Shown here piece by piece: positions 63,240-64,000 of a stretch of DNA of 64,000 bases. Numbering within the stretch: the first letter of the stretch is position 1; the number at the start of each line of letters is the position of its first letter. Source of the stretch: Leucoraja erinacea (taxonomy: Eukaryota). The stretch covers positions 5,456,001-5,520,000 of the forward strand of contig NC_073406.1 of assembly GCF_028641065.1 (NCBI RefSeq), written 5' to 3'. Under the pieces are notes generated by a model. The model was not told where the DNA came from. It saw only the letters and a list, made by a program, of their open reading frames with translations, and ran no database searches. Position numbers and translations under genes: made by a program.

Positions 63240-63730
63240 CAGTTGCATTTGGGAACAGTTCTCCCCAAGAGCATAAGAAATTACAGAGCAGTGGATGTAG
63301 CCCAGTCCATCATACAGACTAGACTCCCCACTGTCGACTCCATCTACCCTTCACACTGCCTTAGAAGAGCAGCCAACATAATCAAAGACTTGTCCCAAAC
63401 CGGTCATTCCTTCTTCTCCCTGCTTCCATCTGGCAGAAGGTACAGGAGCTTGAAAGCATGCTCCAACAGATTAGGAACAGCTTCTTCCCCTCTGTTATCA
63501 GGGTTCTGAAAGGTCCTTTAATAAGCTAGGGTTCACCTCTACTGCATTGTGGAGATAGGTCTATGGAACTGGTGCGCTACAATGCTGAGAACCATATACT
63601 GCACTCTGTATCTTCCCCTTAGCTCTATCGATTGTACTTGAGTTTGACAATTGTATTTATGCATATTATCTGATATGATTGGATAGCATGCAAAACAAAG
63701 CTTTTCACTGTACCTTGACAATAATAAACC
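63240..63730 (+). mobile_element. Rex1/Babar-like LINE 3' end (related copy at ~5510-5990)
   Basis: CLRRAANIIKDLSQTGHSFFSLLPSGRRYRSLK and tail caaaacaaagcttttcactgtacc...aataaac. Confidence 0.7.
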
Positions 63731-63824
63731 TAAATCTATATCTAACCACCTGATCAGCAGTTGAAATCAATATCATTGGTTCACCTCGTATGTTTTTTTT
63801 CTTCAGTTCAATCATAAAAAGGAA

Positions 63825-64000
63825 ATGGCACGGTGGTACCTCATGCCTCCTTTCCTCTTCATCCTGGCGTTTGATGCTCTGAGTCAGGTTTGTGCTCTGG
63901 AAGCTGACAACAGAGATAAGAAGAGCATACAGCAACCATCTGACAGCAGCAACAATCTGAAGAAACATGACTCCTGGCCAGACCAGCCCAGACCAGGGCG
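63825..64000 (+). CDS. DRAXIN: Draxin (secreted axon guidance protein), start of first coding exon, truncated by window edge
   Basis: Polypyrimidine acceptor ttttttttcttcag ends at 63806 and ATG is at 63825. The frame is open to the window end: MARWYLMPPFLFILAFDALSQVCALEADNRDKKSIQQPSDSSNNLKKHDSWPDQPRPG. This is a signal peptide plus an NN..L....WP.QPR.G segment resembling recalled chicken draxin. DRAXIN is the divergent neighbour of MAD2L2 in other vertebrates. Confidence 0.8.
   Translation, partial: MARWYLMPPFLFILAFDALSQVCALEADNRDKKSIQQPSDSSNNLKKHDSWPDQPRPG

Noticed and set aside
63705-63968. Minus-strand ORF with hydrophobic N-terminus
   Set aside because: It is the antisense shadow of the plus-strand draxin exon, which has a proper acceptor, ATG and homology.

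Overview
Eukaryotic, intron-rich genomic DNA from a cartilaginous fish. The repeat content (V-SINE/HE1-like SINEs, CR1-like LINEs, abundant Penelope-like elements) suggests a skate or ray. Genes were reconstructed exon by exon from GT-AG splice sites and recalled vertebrate orthologue sequences. In order: EMC1 (minus, 16 exons, runs off the left edge), head-to-head with MRTO4 (plus, 8 exons, complete); two tandem AKR7A2-like aflatoxin aldehyde reductase genes (minus, 7 exons each); MAD2L2/REV7 (minus, 8 coding exons, complete); and the first coding exon of DRAXIN (plus, runs off the right edge). The two AKR7A genes come from a ~10-12 kb tandem duplication whose junction maps to ~35570. Four observations stand out. 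(1) A TSD-bounded composite insertion in the 3' UTR of one AKR7A copy carries a spliced TLK2 mRNA fragment fused to an ASPM-like IQ fragment, followed by a polypurine tract and a short LTR, suggesting host-mRNA capture by an LTR element nested in a Penelope element. (2) Many minimal hammerhead-ribozyme cores occur in Penelope pseudo-LTRs, and fold-back elements repeatedly hinge at the ribozyme. (3) One AKR7A copy has diverged asymmetrically. (4) Tiny 23-42 bp hAT-like elements with 8-bp target duplications sit next to promoters. No database searches were run. Gene identities rest on recalled protein sequences, and repeat boundaries are approximate.
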